Positions 1-22,425 of a stretch of 64,000 nt of DNA are shown here, piece by piece. This stretch comes from the human T2T-CHM13v2.0 reference genome, Homo sapiens. Under the pieces are notes generated by a model. That model ran no database searches. It was not told the origin of the DNA and was given only the letters and a program-made list of their open reading frames with translations. Positions within the stretch are counted from its first letter, which is position 1; each line of letters opens with the position of its first letter. The stretch is taken from the NCBI RefSeq assembly GCF_009914755.1, contig NC_060929.1; one strand, written 5' to 3'. The position numbers and the translations under genes are program-made.

Positions 1-70
1 TCAAATCAGGATTGTAGCTGGGACATACTGGAAGAAGGAGGTAGAGCTAATGCTCATTCATTGATGATAA

Positions 71-463
<393 letters not shown>

Positions 464-809
464 CCACATACTTCTTCAACCAAGCAATTCTTTTATAGAG
501 TCAGTTCAGATGTATGTCTATCACTGTCATTCACATGATTTATTTGTGTTTGTTCTATCTCTCTTGTTCATTTATAAGGTATTTTTTCCAAAGGTAATTA
601 TCCTAAGGCTAGCCAAATTTCAAGAAATGCTTTTGGTTAGTAGATTCACTTTGTATAACATGAACAGAACTGGTCTTGTAATAAGCAGACCTTGATGGGT
701 TATAATGAGTATGTATATGAAGAAGGTGATGACAAAGGCATCCATGATGATAAAAAGTATATTTCCTAAAATTTCATTGAAATTCTTTATTTTAAAAAAT
801 GCTTTTAAA

Positions 810-1074
810 TTTGAGACAAGATCTTGCTCTGTTGCCCTGGCTGGAGTGTAGTGGTACAATTATGGCTCACTGCAGCTGCTACATCCTGGGCTCAAGTGAT
901 CCTCCCACCTTAGTCTTCTGAGTAGCTGGGACTACAGGTGCCCGCCACCATGCCTGGCTAATTTTTGTATTTTTTGTTGCAACAGGCTGGCCTCAAATTC
1001 CTGGGCTCAAGTGATCCTACCACTTTGTCCTCCCCAAATGCCAGGATTACAGGCATGAGCCACCAAACCTGGCT
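810..1074 (-). mobile_element. Alu (AluJ-type, internal deletion)
   Basis: CTGGGCTCAAGTGATCCTCCC occurs twice, typical of AluJ. Confidence 0.88.
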
Positions 1075-1219
1075 GAAATTATTTTAAAACACCTGTGACA
1101 GAATGTTAGAAATAATTATTTTCAGTATCCACATTTTGGCTGAGAGTCAAAGGCCAAGAACAAGTACTCAAGATTTTTTGAAATTTTATGGTTTTTTTTG
1201 GAAATTTTATTCATTTAGT

Positions 1220-3070
<1,851 letters not shown>

Positions 3071-5119
3071 GGAGGACCTTCACATTTTAAAGTGAGATGC
3101 TAGACATTCTATGCAATATTACAAAGAGAGTATTCCCAAATCTGTTTGGTAACCCTTGGGCCATCCCCATTCTCAAGAGAATACAAGATTGTGCATCGGA
3201 GATATAGGAAATGCTACCCTATGCACATTTGAGAAAATGTAAAGGTACAGACCTCCTTTAGCAGAGTAAATAAACCCAGCAGTATCAGTTACAGCGCGGA
3301 CATTCAGAGTTTGGCAGGACACGGATGTGTGCAGGGATCCCATGGCCCGCATATGGATGGTTAAAAGGGAACCAGATTTGGACTGTCAGAGACACTGCCT
3401 GAGAGAGTGCTTGACTGCAGGATGAAGCAACCCCAAGAAATAGCATCAGTTTGGAAAGGACCCCCAGGAAGCAGGCATGGGTGAGAATCGAAAGTGATTA
3501 ACAAAGGGATGAATCATTTGTGCCAGAGTACAGTGGCTACAGAGTAGTAGGAAGACGTCCAAAGAACCACAAAAACACTGGGAGAGATAAAGAATCAGCA
3601 GTCAAACGTCTAACACATTGATTTGCCATCACCAGACTCCAACTGGATCAGTCAAGCAAGATTCTGTTTTACTCTTGTCTCTCTCATTCCTGTTGCTCTG
3701 ATTTTGGAGAGGAAAGAGGCAGCTTGGGGAGGTGGGGAAGAGGAGTCAGGTGGCGCAATTTTGAAGTGGACCCACTCCTCCCTCATTACAAGCACTCAGA
3801 AACTGAAAGTAAGAGAGACAGATTTAAAATTGGAGGATAAATTGAAGTTTGAATATTATAATAGATTGTTTTCTGAAAATGTGACTAGTGGTTAATGCCT
3901 AAAAATGACTAGTAAAGCTGTGAGATAGGCTTTCCCAGGGACAAGACAAAATGAGCTGACACAGCACGGAGGAAAGCCACATTATTGGAAAAGAAAAAAC
4001 ACACCCCACATAGCTTATAATTTAAAACAAAAACGTCTTAAAAACTTATACGATCCACATGTTTGTTGAAGTCAGAAAAGTATTCATAGTCTCCCCCAAA
4101 TAACCTCCCCCAACATTGTTCACAGTTTCCCAACTCCTTGGCACCTTTTCACCCTTTCAGATATGCTAATCAGCACAATAGGCTTAAACATTTTTAGAAC
4201 TCTAACAGCCAGAAGCAGGCAGGCAGAATTTTACAACTGAAAAAAAGATACCTAATAAGAGAATGGGTTATCTAAGAAGGATAGTGGAAAGATCCAGAAA
4301 ATAATGTTAAGAAGACTTTTCATAGGTACATTGAGAAAAAGAGTTTTGGGGAGTTCAGGAAGAAGAGAGAAAATATTGGGCTATTAAAATGTGAGATGAT
4401 TTTAAAGTCCTTTATCCAGAGTTATAAATTGGATGCATTTGATATTCTTAGAGAATCAGTAAAGATTTGAATTGTATCTTCTCCATCACCTTCAGCTATC
4501 AGTTAAAGTAGGAAAATACATACAGTTAAAGTAGGAAAATATATAATAGAAACTACCTATAATTTGACAACCAGAAATAAACTATTATGCTTTATTATAT
4601 TTCTTTCTAGATTTTGTTTTTCAATGCACATTTGATTTTTCAAACAAAATGTAATCACATTTTATGTACAATTTTGTAACCTATCAGATCCTCTGTATTT
4701 ATTTAGGCTTGTGCTATCACATAAAGATGATCATAAAAGGCCTCAGGAGTGTTTTAAACATCAAACGGACCACCCACAGTACTAAAGAATAAGATGAGAG
4801 TCACTGCCCCCTGCCTACTGCTGTGCTTCAACCTTGATTACCAACTTAGGAAGCTTGGTTTCTTTTTAAAATCAGCCATTTGCACTGCTACTTCATTCAG
4901 GTTTTCTCTCCTCTTGGTATCCCTCCGGAGTGCTGTAGTCAGAGAGAACCGGAGTGGAATAAGGGATTAAAAGATGATCGGACCTTAAGGAAATGCTCGA
5001 AACCATTTAAGTCTACTGAGTATTTTCAATTTGTGTGTCCATGGCATCACCCAACCCTTACTTGTCTTTAGAGAATTCAGCGGTAGGAGATAGAGTTTGA
5101 CAGGATTGTACCAAATTTT

Positions 5120-6120
<1,001 letters not shown>

Positions 6121-6572
6121 TCTATTTAAAATAGAAACTTAAAAAGATAAGCAGAGTCACTTAGCCTTCTCCATGGTTCTTTCACTTTTTATACTGCCAA
6201 GTCACAAATCTTGACTTGTACAAATGTAATAGTTTTCAAATCATTTAAGAAATGTAAGCTAGAACTATTAATGACAACTATAGTAACACTAAAATAACTT
6301 TTCAAAGGATACACATGATGTAAATTCTGACATCAAAAAAATATAAACTGTTTGACGGGAGAGTAAAAATGTAGAGTTGTATGCAAAGTTAAGTTGTAAT
6401 CACCTTGAAATAAGCTGTTGTGATTATAAGATGTTCTCTGGAAGCCTCATAATAAGCACAAAGCAAAAATCTTTAGTAGAAGCACAAAACAGAAATAGTA
6501 TTCAAAGAATACCACTATTGAAAACTGCGAAACCACAAAGACAACAAGACAGAAAGAAAGAAAAATGTATCT

Positions 6573-6782
6573 TCCAGCCTGGGCAACATAGGGTGGCCCT
6601 ATCTCTACAATAACTTCAAAAAAAATTAGCTGGATGTGGTGGCACGTACCTGTGGTCCCAGCTACTCACAAAGGCTGAGGTGGGAGCATCATTTGAGCCT
6701 GGGAGGTCGAGGGTGCAGTGAGCTGTGATCACACTACCGCACTCCAGCCTGGGCAAGAGAGGCCCTATCTCCAAAAAAAAAG
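6573..6782 (+). mobile_element. Partial AluJ inside host L1
   Basis: CCAGCCTGGGCAACATAG, right arm and A tail. Confidence 0.82.
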
Positions 6783-7363
6783 TATCTACAATACCACAAC
6801 AACAACAACAAGAAAAACAACAACAACAACATAACAAAATGGCAGTAGTAAGTCCTTATCTATCAATAATTACCTTGAATGTAAATGAATTAAGTTCTCC
6901 AGTAAAAAGATATAGAGTAAGTGAATGAATAAAAAAACAAGAGCCAACTATACGTTACCTGCAGGAAACTCACCTCACTTTTAAGGGCACACAGATTGAA
7001 AATTAGGCAATGGAAGAAAGATATTCCACATCAATAGAAACCAAAAGAAAGCAGGGATAACTATACTTATATAAGACAAAATAGACTTAAAGTCAAAAAC
7101 TGTAAAAAAAAAAGTAAGGACATTATATGATGATAAAGGAGTCAACTCATCAAGAGGGTATAACAATTGTAAATATATATGCACCCAACTTCAGAGAACC
7201 TAAATATATAAAATAAATATTAAGGATATGATGGAAGAGACAGATTGCAATACAATTATAGTAGGGTATTTCAATACGCCACTTTCAACAATGAAAGATA
7301 ATCCAGAAAATTAGTAAGAAAACATTGGATTTGAAAATCGCTTTAGACCTAATGAATCTAACA

Positions 7364-7364
<1 letters not shown>

Positions 7365-7410
<46 letters not shown>
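7365..7410. repeat. (CA)n microsatellite, ~23 units
   Basis: Perfect AC run. Confidence 0.97.
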
Positions 7411-7414
<4 letters not shown>

Positions 7415-7545
7415 CATTCCATCCAACAGCAACAGAATGCACATTCTTCTCAAGTGCACACAGAACTTTCTCCAGGACAGATAACATTTTAGGGGGAAAA
7501 ACAAGCTTCAGCAAATTTAAGAAGATTGAAATTATATCAAGTATC

Positions 7546-7869
<324 letters not shown>

Positions 7870-7897
7870 TGACACTAGAAATCAATTATGGGAGGAA

Positions 7898-8070
7898 GCT
7901 AGGTGTCATGTTATGCACCTGTAGTCCCAGCTAATTGGAAAGCTGAGGTGGGAGGATTGCTTAAGTCCAGGAGTTCAAGGCTGCAGTAGCTATGACTGTG
8001 TGAGTGCACTCCAGCCTGGGTGACAGAAAAAGACCCTGTCTCTAAAAATAAATAAATAAAAATAAATGAA
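7898..8070 (+). mobile_element. Alu monomer (FRAM/AluJ arm) with (TAAA)n tail
   Basis: Single Alu arm. Confidence 0.8.
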
Positions 8071-9119
8071 TGAATATAGGGGGAATTTTGAAAAATCCAC
8101 AAATATATGGAAATTAGCATGCTCCTCAACAACCAATAGGTCAATGAAATTAAAAGGGAAATTAAAAATCTTTAGATAACAAGATAAAAATCTTGTTATC
8201 TTAAGATAAACAAAAATGGAAACACAACATAGCAAACATATGGGATACAGCAAAAACAGTTCAAAGAGGAACGTTTATAACAATAAATGTCTACATCAAA
8301 GAGAAGAAAGATTTAAAATAAATAAGCTAATGTCATACCTCAAGGAAACAGAAAAAGAAGAATAAACTAAGCCAAAGTTAGCATAAGAAAGGAAATAATA
8401 AAAATCAGAGCAGAAATAAATGAAATAGAGACTAGAAAAACAATACAAAAGATAGATAAAATAAGTTCTTTTTTGAAAAGATGAACAAATTTGACAAACT
8501 AGATTAATTTAAAAAAAAGAAGATTCATAATACCACAAAAATACAAAAGATCATCAGGGACTATCATCAACAATTATACATCAACAAATTGGATAACTAA
8601 GAAGAAGTGGTTAAATTCTTCTGTTCATTTAGGTCCTGTAAAGTGTTTCTGTAAAGTGTTGTTCAAGTTGAATGTTTTCTTATTAATTTTCTGTCTGGAT
8701 GATCTTCCAGCATTGAAAGTGAGGTATGGAAGTTTTCTACTGTTATATTGCAATCCATCAGATCCTGTGGATCTGAAGAAAGAGATGGGTTGCAATACAA
8801 TATTTACATATTGTATAAATATAAATATCTGTTTTATATGTTTAGGTTCTCCAAAGCATACAACATACAAAGACTGAATCATAAAGAAATGGAAAATCTG
8901 AACATACCAATAATGAGTAAAAAGATTGAATCTGTAATAAAAGTTCTCCCATTAAAAAAAAAAAAAAAAAAGCAGAGGACTTGATGGCTTCATGGCTGAA
9001 TTCTACCAAACATTTATTTTTTATTTTTCCTCACTGTCACCATTTTTATTCAATATAATACTGAAAGTCCTAACGATAGCAATTAGGCAAGACAACAAAA
9101 TAAATGGCATTCAAATTTA

Positions 9120-9483
<364 letters not shown>

Positions 9484-10172
9484 TGAAAGACTACACTAAA
9501 TAAATCTTAGCAGTGATAAATTAATTCAGTAAATTTGCAGGCTACCAAATTAACATGCAAAAATCAGCAGCATTCCTACATGCTAACAGAGATGGTTCTG
9601 AAAAGAAAATCAAGAAATAAATTCCATTTATAAAAGCTATAAAATAAAATACCAAAGAATAAATTTAATCAAAGAAGTTAAAGATTCTACAAAAAATACT
9701 ATAAAACACTGATGAACGTAATTTAAGAGAACACAAAAAAGGAAAGATATCCCATGCTCATGGATTGGAAAAATTAATACCATTAAAATATATATACTCC
9801 CCAAAGTGATCTACAGATTCAATGTAATCTCTATCAAGATACCAATGAAATTATTCACAGACATAGAAAAAATTCTAAAAATTTATGAAACAGCAAAAGA
9901 CTCCAAGTAGCTAAAGAAATTCTGAATAATAACAGTGCTGGAGGTATCACACTACCTGCTTTTAAATTATACTACAAAGCTACAACAAAAGTAGATTATT
10001 AAAAAAAACAAAAATAGTTTATACAAAAAAAAAAGTAGTATGCTAACAAAAATAGCATACTACTGTCCTAAAAACAGACACATAGATGGCTGAACAGGAT
10101 AGAGAACCAAGAAATAAATTCACGTATTTACAACCAACTCATTTCTGACAAAAGTGGTAAGAACATACATTG

Positions 10173-11127
<955 letters not shown>

Positions 11128-11657
11128 AAGAACATACATTGGGGAAAGGACAATCTCTGTAAGAAATGGTTTTGGGAAAACTGGGCATCCATATTTATAA
11201 GAATAAAACTAGATTCCTATCTTCTGCCATATACAAAAATAACTCAAAATGAATTAGACTTAAATGTAAAATGTGAAATTATGAAACAACTAGAAGAAAA
11301 CATAGGGAAACAGCATAGATCAATGGTCTAGGCAACGTTTTTTGGGGTAAGATCTCAAAAACACAGAAAACAAAAGTAAAAATGGGCAAATGGGATTATA
11401 TCAAGCTAAAAAGCTTCTACAAAGCAAACAATCAAAAGAGTAAAGAGGAACAACCTATGGAATTAGAGAAAATATTTGCAAGCTGTTCATCTGACAAGGG
11501 ATTAAGAATCAAAATGTAAAGGGAAGTAACTCAGTAGCATATGTTAATAATAATATTAATCTGATTAACAATGGGCAAATGCTCTGAATAGACATTTTTC
11601 AAAAGAAGACATACAAATGGCTAACAGGTATATGAAAAAATGCTCAATATCACTAAT

Positions 11658-14237
<2,580 letters not shown>

Positions 14238-16986
14238 CCAAACATTTAAAGTAGAGCTAATACTAATCATTCTCAAACCCTTCCAAAAAATTGAAAAGGA
14301 GGGAATACTTTCAAATTCTTTTTACAAGGCCAGTGTTATCCTGATATCAAAGCCAAAGAAGCACATTACAAAAAAAGAAAACTACATGCCAACATTCTTG
14401 ATGAACATGGTGAACATAGATACAAAAATCTCAACAAAATAGTTGCAAACTGAACAACCCATTAAAAGTATCATCTACCACGATCAAATGGGATTTATTC
14501 CTGAAATGCAAGGATGGTTCAACACAAATCAATAAATATGTTGTATGAGATTAACAGAATGAATGACAAAAACTATATGATCATCTTGTTAGATGCAGAA
14601 AAACATTTGACAAAGTTCAACAACATTTCAAGATAAAGACTCTCACCAAGTTAGGTACAGAAGAAAAGTAACTTGACACAATAAATGCCACATATGAGAA
14701 GTCCACAGCTAACATTACACCCACCAGTGAAAAATTGAAAGCCTTTTATTTAAGCTCTGGATCAAGACAAAAATGCCCACTTTTGCCACTTTTATTCAAC
14801 ATAGTATTGGAAATTCTTGCCAGAGCAATTAGGCAAGAAAAAGAAATGAAAGGCATTAAAATAGAAAGGGAAGAAGTGAAAATGCCTGTGTTTGCTGGTG
14901 ACACAATCTTATATGTAGAAAACCCTACAGACTCCACCAGAAAACTGTTAGAACTAATAAATGAATACTGTAAAATTGTAGAATATAAAATAAACACTAA
15001 AAAGTACATTTCCATAAACTAACAATGAACTATGTGAGAAAGACATTAAGAAAACAATCACATTTTCAATAACTACAAAAATATTTAGGAATAAATTTAA
15101 CCAAGAAAGTTAAAGACCTGTACATTGCAAATTATGAAACATTGATGAGAAATTGAAGAAGACATAAACAAATGGAAAGGTATCCCTTGTTCATGGATTA
15201 GAAGAAAATATTGCTAAAAAGTCCATACTACCACAGTGATCTAGAGTTTTAATGCAATCTTTATCAAAATTCTAACATCATTTTTCAAAGAAATAGAAAA
15301 AAATCTTAAAGTTCATATGGAATCACAAAAAAACCCAAATGGCTAAGGCAATCATGGGCAAAAAGAACAAAGCTGGAGGTGTTACTCTGCCTGATTTTAA
15401 ACTATACTACAAAGCTATAGTAATTAAAACATCATGATCCTGGCAAAACAATAGACCCATCAACCAGTGGAACAGAATAGAGAGCCCAGAAATGCACCCC
15501 ACATATATGGTCGATTGGTTATTTTTGCAAGGTTGCCAAGAATACACAATGGGGAAAGGATAGTCTCTTTAATAAATGGTATTGGGAAAACTGGATATCC
15601 ACATGCAAAAGAATTAAATAGGACCCTTATCTAGCATTGTATATAAAAATCTACTCAGAATGGGATGAAGCCTTAAGCATAAGACCAGAAACTGAAAAAT
15701 TAATTGAAAAAAATCTAAGGGAAAAACTGTATTTTTCTAGGTGGGGATTTTTTGGATCTGACTCCAAAAGTGCAGGCAACAAATGCAAACATAGACAAAT
15801 GGGATTACAACAAACTGAAAAGTTTCTGCATGGCAAAGGAGACAATGATCAGTTTTCAGAGATGTACAGATTGGGAGAAAATATTTATAAGTCATACATT
15901 CAAGAAGAAGCTAATATCAAAAATATATATGGAGCTCAAACAACTCAATAGCAAGAAGACAAAAAACCCAATAAAAAATTGGCAAAATACCAGGAAAGGG
16001 AGTTGGAAGTAAAGTAAAAATAAAAAATGGGCAAGAGACCTGAGTAAACATTTCTGAAGAGAAGACATGCAAATGGCCAATAGATACGTAAAAAAAGTGC
16101 TCAACATTGCTAATCATTAGAGAAATGCAAATTAAAATCACATTGAGTTATCATCTCACACCTGTCAGAATGGCTATTATCAAAAAGACAAAAGGTAACA
16201 AGCATTGGTATGGATGTGGAAAAAAGGGAATCCCTGTACACTTGTACACTTGGTAGGAATGTAAATTAGTACAGCTCTTATAGAAAACTGCATGGAGGTT
16301 TGTCATAAAACTTAAAAAAATTATCATATGATCTAGCAATCCTACTTTTGGGTATTTACAAAAGTAAATGTTCATTTTAGCACTATTCACAATAGCCAAG
16401 TTATAGAATCAACCTAAGTGTCCCTCAACAGATGAATGGATAAAGAAAATGTGGTGTGTGTACACAATGGAATAGTATTTAGCCTTAAAAAGGAGGAAAT
16501 TCTGTCATTTATGACAACATAGATGGAATTGGAAAACATTATGTTAAGTTAAATAAACCAGGCACAGGAAGACAAATAGCACGTGTTCTCACTTATATGA
16601 TGTAAAACAATCGAACTTGTAGAAGCAAAGTAGAATGGTGGTTACAGAGACTGGGGTAATAGGGAAATAAAGGTCAAAGGGTACACAATCTCAGTTAGCA
16701 GAAATATATTTTGAATTCTATTGTACAGCGTGGTGAATATAGTTAAATTGGGGTATCATACATTTCAAAATTGCCAAAAGTAAATTTCAATTTTCTTTGC
16801 CACAAAAAATGTTAAATATTTTAGGTGATAGATATGTTAACTGGCTTGATGAAATTATTTCACATTGTATTGAGAAATCATAACATCACTTTGTACCCCA
16901 TAAATTTATACAATTATAAATTGTCAATTTATAGTTATAAAAAGAAATGCAAGCTAAAATAATACTTTATTGTTTTTCTTCTCCAG

Positions 16987-17042
16987 GTGATAAGCTTATT
17001 CATTTTGGTGGGATTTATAGGAGAGTTCCAAAGTTTTTCAAG
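16987..17042 (+). CDS. C7: C7 exon 2 (56 nt), signal peptide VISLFILVGFIGEFQSFS
   Basis: ttcttctccag|GTGATA...TCAAG|gtgagg; hydrophobic signal peptide. Confidence 0.96.
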
Positions 17043-18550
17043 GTGAGGACTTTTTGGGTTGTGTGTAAAAATCATTAAATTTAAAAAATGTTTTAGAAAT
17101 TCTTTAGTCTAATTTTGACATTGCACTTTGAATCTGTGTATCCCTCCAACATATTTTCTCTTTCCATATTTTTATAAAAGACAATGATAACAAAAGCATG
17201 TGTTTTTAATTATTATTCTTTTACTTAAAGAAGAATAATTCTCTTGTAAAATTATTTTTAAAAATTGAAGACTAAAAGTATAAGTTTTTTGTCTCAGTGC
17301 CGTGGTTTTATCTGTAATGCAGATAATCACAGTGGACTTATATATCTTAGAGCAATATTTGATCTTTAAATGTAATCCTTGCAAAGCATCCTCTGGATTT
17401 TAAAGGTTGAGAGTTTTTTAAGAAAATAGTCTTACCAAGTTCTTGAGGCCTGGAAAAAAGCCAGCATCATTTATCCAAGGCTTTGTTATGCTCTCACTGT
17501 GTCAGATTGATGAGACAGAGCCAGGTCAGTTCATTTTATGGAACTATCAGAAAATGTGTCAGGGGCTGTGCTAGGTACTGGGGATACCACAAGGAGCAAG
17601 AAGGCACTGGGAGCATGCTGGGTGATTCGTATCTTGAGCCAGTTCATTGCAATATGAATGTGTTAAGGGCTCTGACAGAAGCCTGCTCAGGGTGATGTGA
17701 CAGCACAGCAGGAAGGTCAAGCAAACTTCCTCTCCTAAGTCTCCATGTTTGGGGAAGCCCTCTCCATTTCCCCAGGACAGAGGCTAGAAAAATAACAGTA
17801 AGTTCAGATTGTTCAAGGGTCAAAAGTATTTAGGTATTTTGATCATTGGTACCATACGAAAACCACAGGTTGGCAAGATTGGCCCTGTAAAAGCAGCCGA
17901 GGCACACACTATAGAATGAGAGTCATTACTTTCAGAGTAACCTGACCCTCTTAAGACATGCAAGAATCATCTTGACTCAAGATATTGCCCAGCCGAGGAA
18001 TGTGCTGGGAATCCAGAAATCAAGAATACTAGTTCTTTTATTCTTCGTAGAGCATCATTTTAGGCAAGCCTTCCTTAGTCTCTTAAAGCTGACTCAGGTA
18101 GTCTTTTCCATATGACATGACCAGAATGTGAGCATTGTATGAGAGTCAACTCTCCATTTTCACATGTACTTTATTTTAGTGGAGCTGTTTAAGCTCAGAT
18201 TGTCCTCCTTGGTTGTGTGCTTGAAAAATGGCCTAAATGAACAGGGGATGCATTTAAATAAATTCCTGTCCATTCAGCCTCTGCCAATTTTTAGTTTTCC
18301 ACTTCTCATGGGGACTTTTTATAGTTTCTTGTCTTTCAGTTAAGTGTTTCTGGATAACTTTTCAACTCATCATTCAGAATCCCTTCAAAGGCCATAAAAC
18401 CTTGCTCCTTTCAAAGGCCATAAAACATATTTACATATGTTTTCACCTACCCTCTTAACTCAAACTCTCCCTTATCTATATTCCCATAACACATTATATT
18501 GAATGCATTTCTGTTCTGAAATCCATCAAATGAGATATATTGTACTATGA

Positions 18551-19285
<735 letters not shown>

Positions 19286-19459
19286 TAAGTGTTAGTCTCT
19301 AAGAAAGTGGGGCTCCCTCCATTTTTATATATTTTAGGATCCTTTTAGTGTCTCTTCGGAAAAAATATTTGAGGCAACATTTAACTATTTTTGACTGTTT
19401 TCACTATTCTTTGTGTTCCCTTGCGTATCTTTCCACCTGCTTTATGATGGACAATTTGA

Positions 19460-19615
<156 letters not shown>

Positions 19616-20137
19616 TAACTTTTGAATGTTCATTAAATAGTGTCAATATTTTTTGAAAACTGTGTTTGTAATTTTGAGGGGAGAAAAGTATGACTTGTTT
19701 AATAATTAATATGGTAATAAAGTAACTTGTAATATTGTAATAAAGTAACTTGTATATTCATTTTTCTAGATCTTATCTTGGAGCTAGAAATGTATATAGG
19801 CTAAAAGTTCAAGGCAATTTACTAACTCTTTAACTATGAGAGAAATAGGAATAACATAGAATGACATTTTTAGATAATGTAAAATGTTTTATGTTCACTG
19901 AGTTCAACTTTTCTTCTCATCTCAAACAAACACTAGCAAATAGCAAAATGGCTGCTTGATTTTACTTCACAAATAGCGAACAACCATGAAAAAAAATTTT
20001 GCAAAATGTCTTAAAGTTTAATTGCTAAGTAACACAAATACAATGTTGGACTTAATGTGGATATTATAAAAAGCTTCTAAAAATGTTTGTATTCCTTATT
20101 ATAAAATGTTCACTGGAGAGAATACAGAAAGTTATGA

Positions 20138-20465
<328 letters not shown>

Positions 20466-22338
20466 AATTCTACCATTTAGAAGAAACAAATTATATAACA
20501 GCATTTGGTATTTATTCCCTCAGCTCTGTCTACTTTTTCTCTGTGTGTGCTTATAATTAAAAAAATTGAGATTATTTTATCATAGTTTTGTATTCTATTT
20601 TAATCTAACATTATACTATCAGCAAAATAATTTATAACAGCAGTATTATGTTCCATGATATGAATATAGCCTTCTTATTTTTCCACTTTTTTATTGTTTG
20701 ATATTTAAGTTGTTTCCATTTTTGTTATAAAGAAAACTTTAATAAACATTTTTGAATGTAGATATCTGTCCTCTTTTCCCATAATTTTCTGAGGATAGTC
20801 CTAGAAATAAAATGTTTATCTTAAAGTTTCTGAACATTTCAAGAGTTAAATATTCTAGAAATAGTCCAGTTTGGGTAAAATTATATTTAAAAATCACTTT
20901 TAATTATTAAAATAACAGAATCATACCATAGAAGATAATTATTATTTTGAAGCATCATCATTAAGATCAGGTATTTATTTAGTACCTACATGAGTAGTAT
21001 TTTCAAAACAAATTACATGAATAAAGAATTTGGCTTCTAGCAAGTATAATAAATAACAGCTCTGATTACAGGCAACCAGGTACATGAATAACAAGCAAAG
21101 GTCAAAGAAACATCAAACACGTTAAATATTTTTATCATTTAAAGAGAAGAAAGAACACTAAATAGAAGCAGAGAGATAGAGGGTGTTTTTTATACAAGCA
21201 ATTTTTTTCTTTGAGTGAAGGTCATTATGCAATGGATACATCCTAGATTATAAAAACAAAATTTTCATTCAGAAAGAGACAAGTGAAAATGAGAAAGGGG
21301 TTGTAGGGTCAGACTTTGACAGGTGAGAAGGAGACTGTGGAGAGTGGCTGCCATCAAGGGCTCCCTGGTAATATGGAGAAGAAAAACACTTTCTTATGCA
21401 AACAACACCATCTGGGCTCTGGAACTTCACAAAAGGACACTGTTAAGTCACACATGAGCGGTATCTTCATCACTTACAAAGGGACTAAAAATGGTATCAA
21501 GAAACCTTACCGAGTTCCATTCCCCACTCATATTCCTCTGTGGCTACTTTGCTTAAACATGATGAAAGACACCAGAGCCATGCTCAGGCTGGTGCGTACC
21601 TGCTCAGAGTTCAAATTATGGCCACTGTGACCCCTCATGCCAAGGAATTCCCACTTCTAACCCAATTTAGGATGGATGAATAAGTTCGACATTGATATGT
21701 ACAGCAACTCTTCCCTGTTGATCTTCACTCAAGGTTTAAATCCTCAGGACGCTCAGTTTTGGTTCCGTTTTGTTTGTTAATGGAGAAGAGGTGAGTAGAG
21801 GAAGAGGCCTGGAAGATGCTCACTGATTGCCAGGGGTAGATCTTTCTTTTTGTTTGAATGTTAGATACATGTCTTCATAGTGAATGAGGATTAAATAAAC
21901 TTTAGTATGAATTAGTTGTAAGTTTCTCATTTAGTTTGATAATTTCTTCAGTTTTCCTATATTCTTTTCCCTCAAGAGGTTTGTATTTTACGTATTCCTT
22001 TGTAGATGTAGCTTCACCTTTGGATTACTTAGGCTTCTGTTTTGTAAATTTGACTTCCATATTCATGTATTTCTCTCTGAATTGTTTTTGCTTGCCTTTC
22101 TTCCTGAAGAAGGCTTACAGTTTAGCTGAAAGGAATCACCATCACTCTTCTGAAGGTTTCCTTAACTCTGCTTCATCTTAACCCCTTTCCCAGTACCTTA
22201 TCCTCTCTCCAGAAAAAGTCATTTCACTTTCTCTAATGAGCTCTTGGAACACAGATTTGGTAAATATATTAATCATTCTATGCTCTAATGTATTTGCTTA
22301 TGTGTCTACCCTCTAAGCTTTACTCAGGTTACTTTCTT

Positions 22339-22425
22339 TTTTCTTTTCTTTTTTTTTTTTTTGAGACGGTGTCTCACTTTATTGCCCAGGCTGGAGTGCA
22401 GTGGCATGATCTCAGCTCACTGCAA
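22339..22425 (-). mobile_element. Severely 5'-truncated Alu with perfect 15-bp TSD TCAGGTTACTTTCTT
   Basis: TSD at 22324-22338 and 22426-22440, followed by AAA (L1 endonuclease-type site). Confidence 0.9.

Noticed and set aside
4500-4545. 23-bp tandem duplication CAGTTAAAGTAGGAAAATA
   Set aside because: Two-copy slippage duplication with no sign of function.
18384-18426. 17-bp direct repeat TTCAAAGGCCATAAAAC with 9-bp spacer
   Set aside because: Only two copies, so a local microduplication rather than an array.
19713-19757. Duplicated GTAATAAAGTAACTTGTA containing two AATAAA
   Set aside because: AT-rich slippage duplication; AATAAA is too common in this intron to call a poly(A) site.
21316-21630. 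104-aa ORF containing NGIKKP (AAATGGTATCAAGAAACC), reminiscent of RPL29
   Set aside because: Similarity covers only ~18 nt, the flanks do not match, and there is no poly(A) or TSD. Likely chance.
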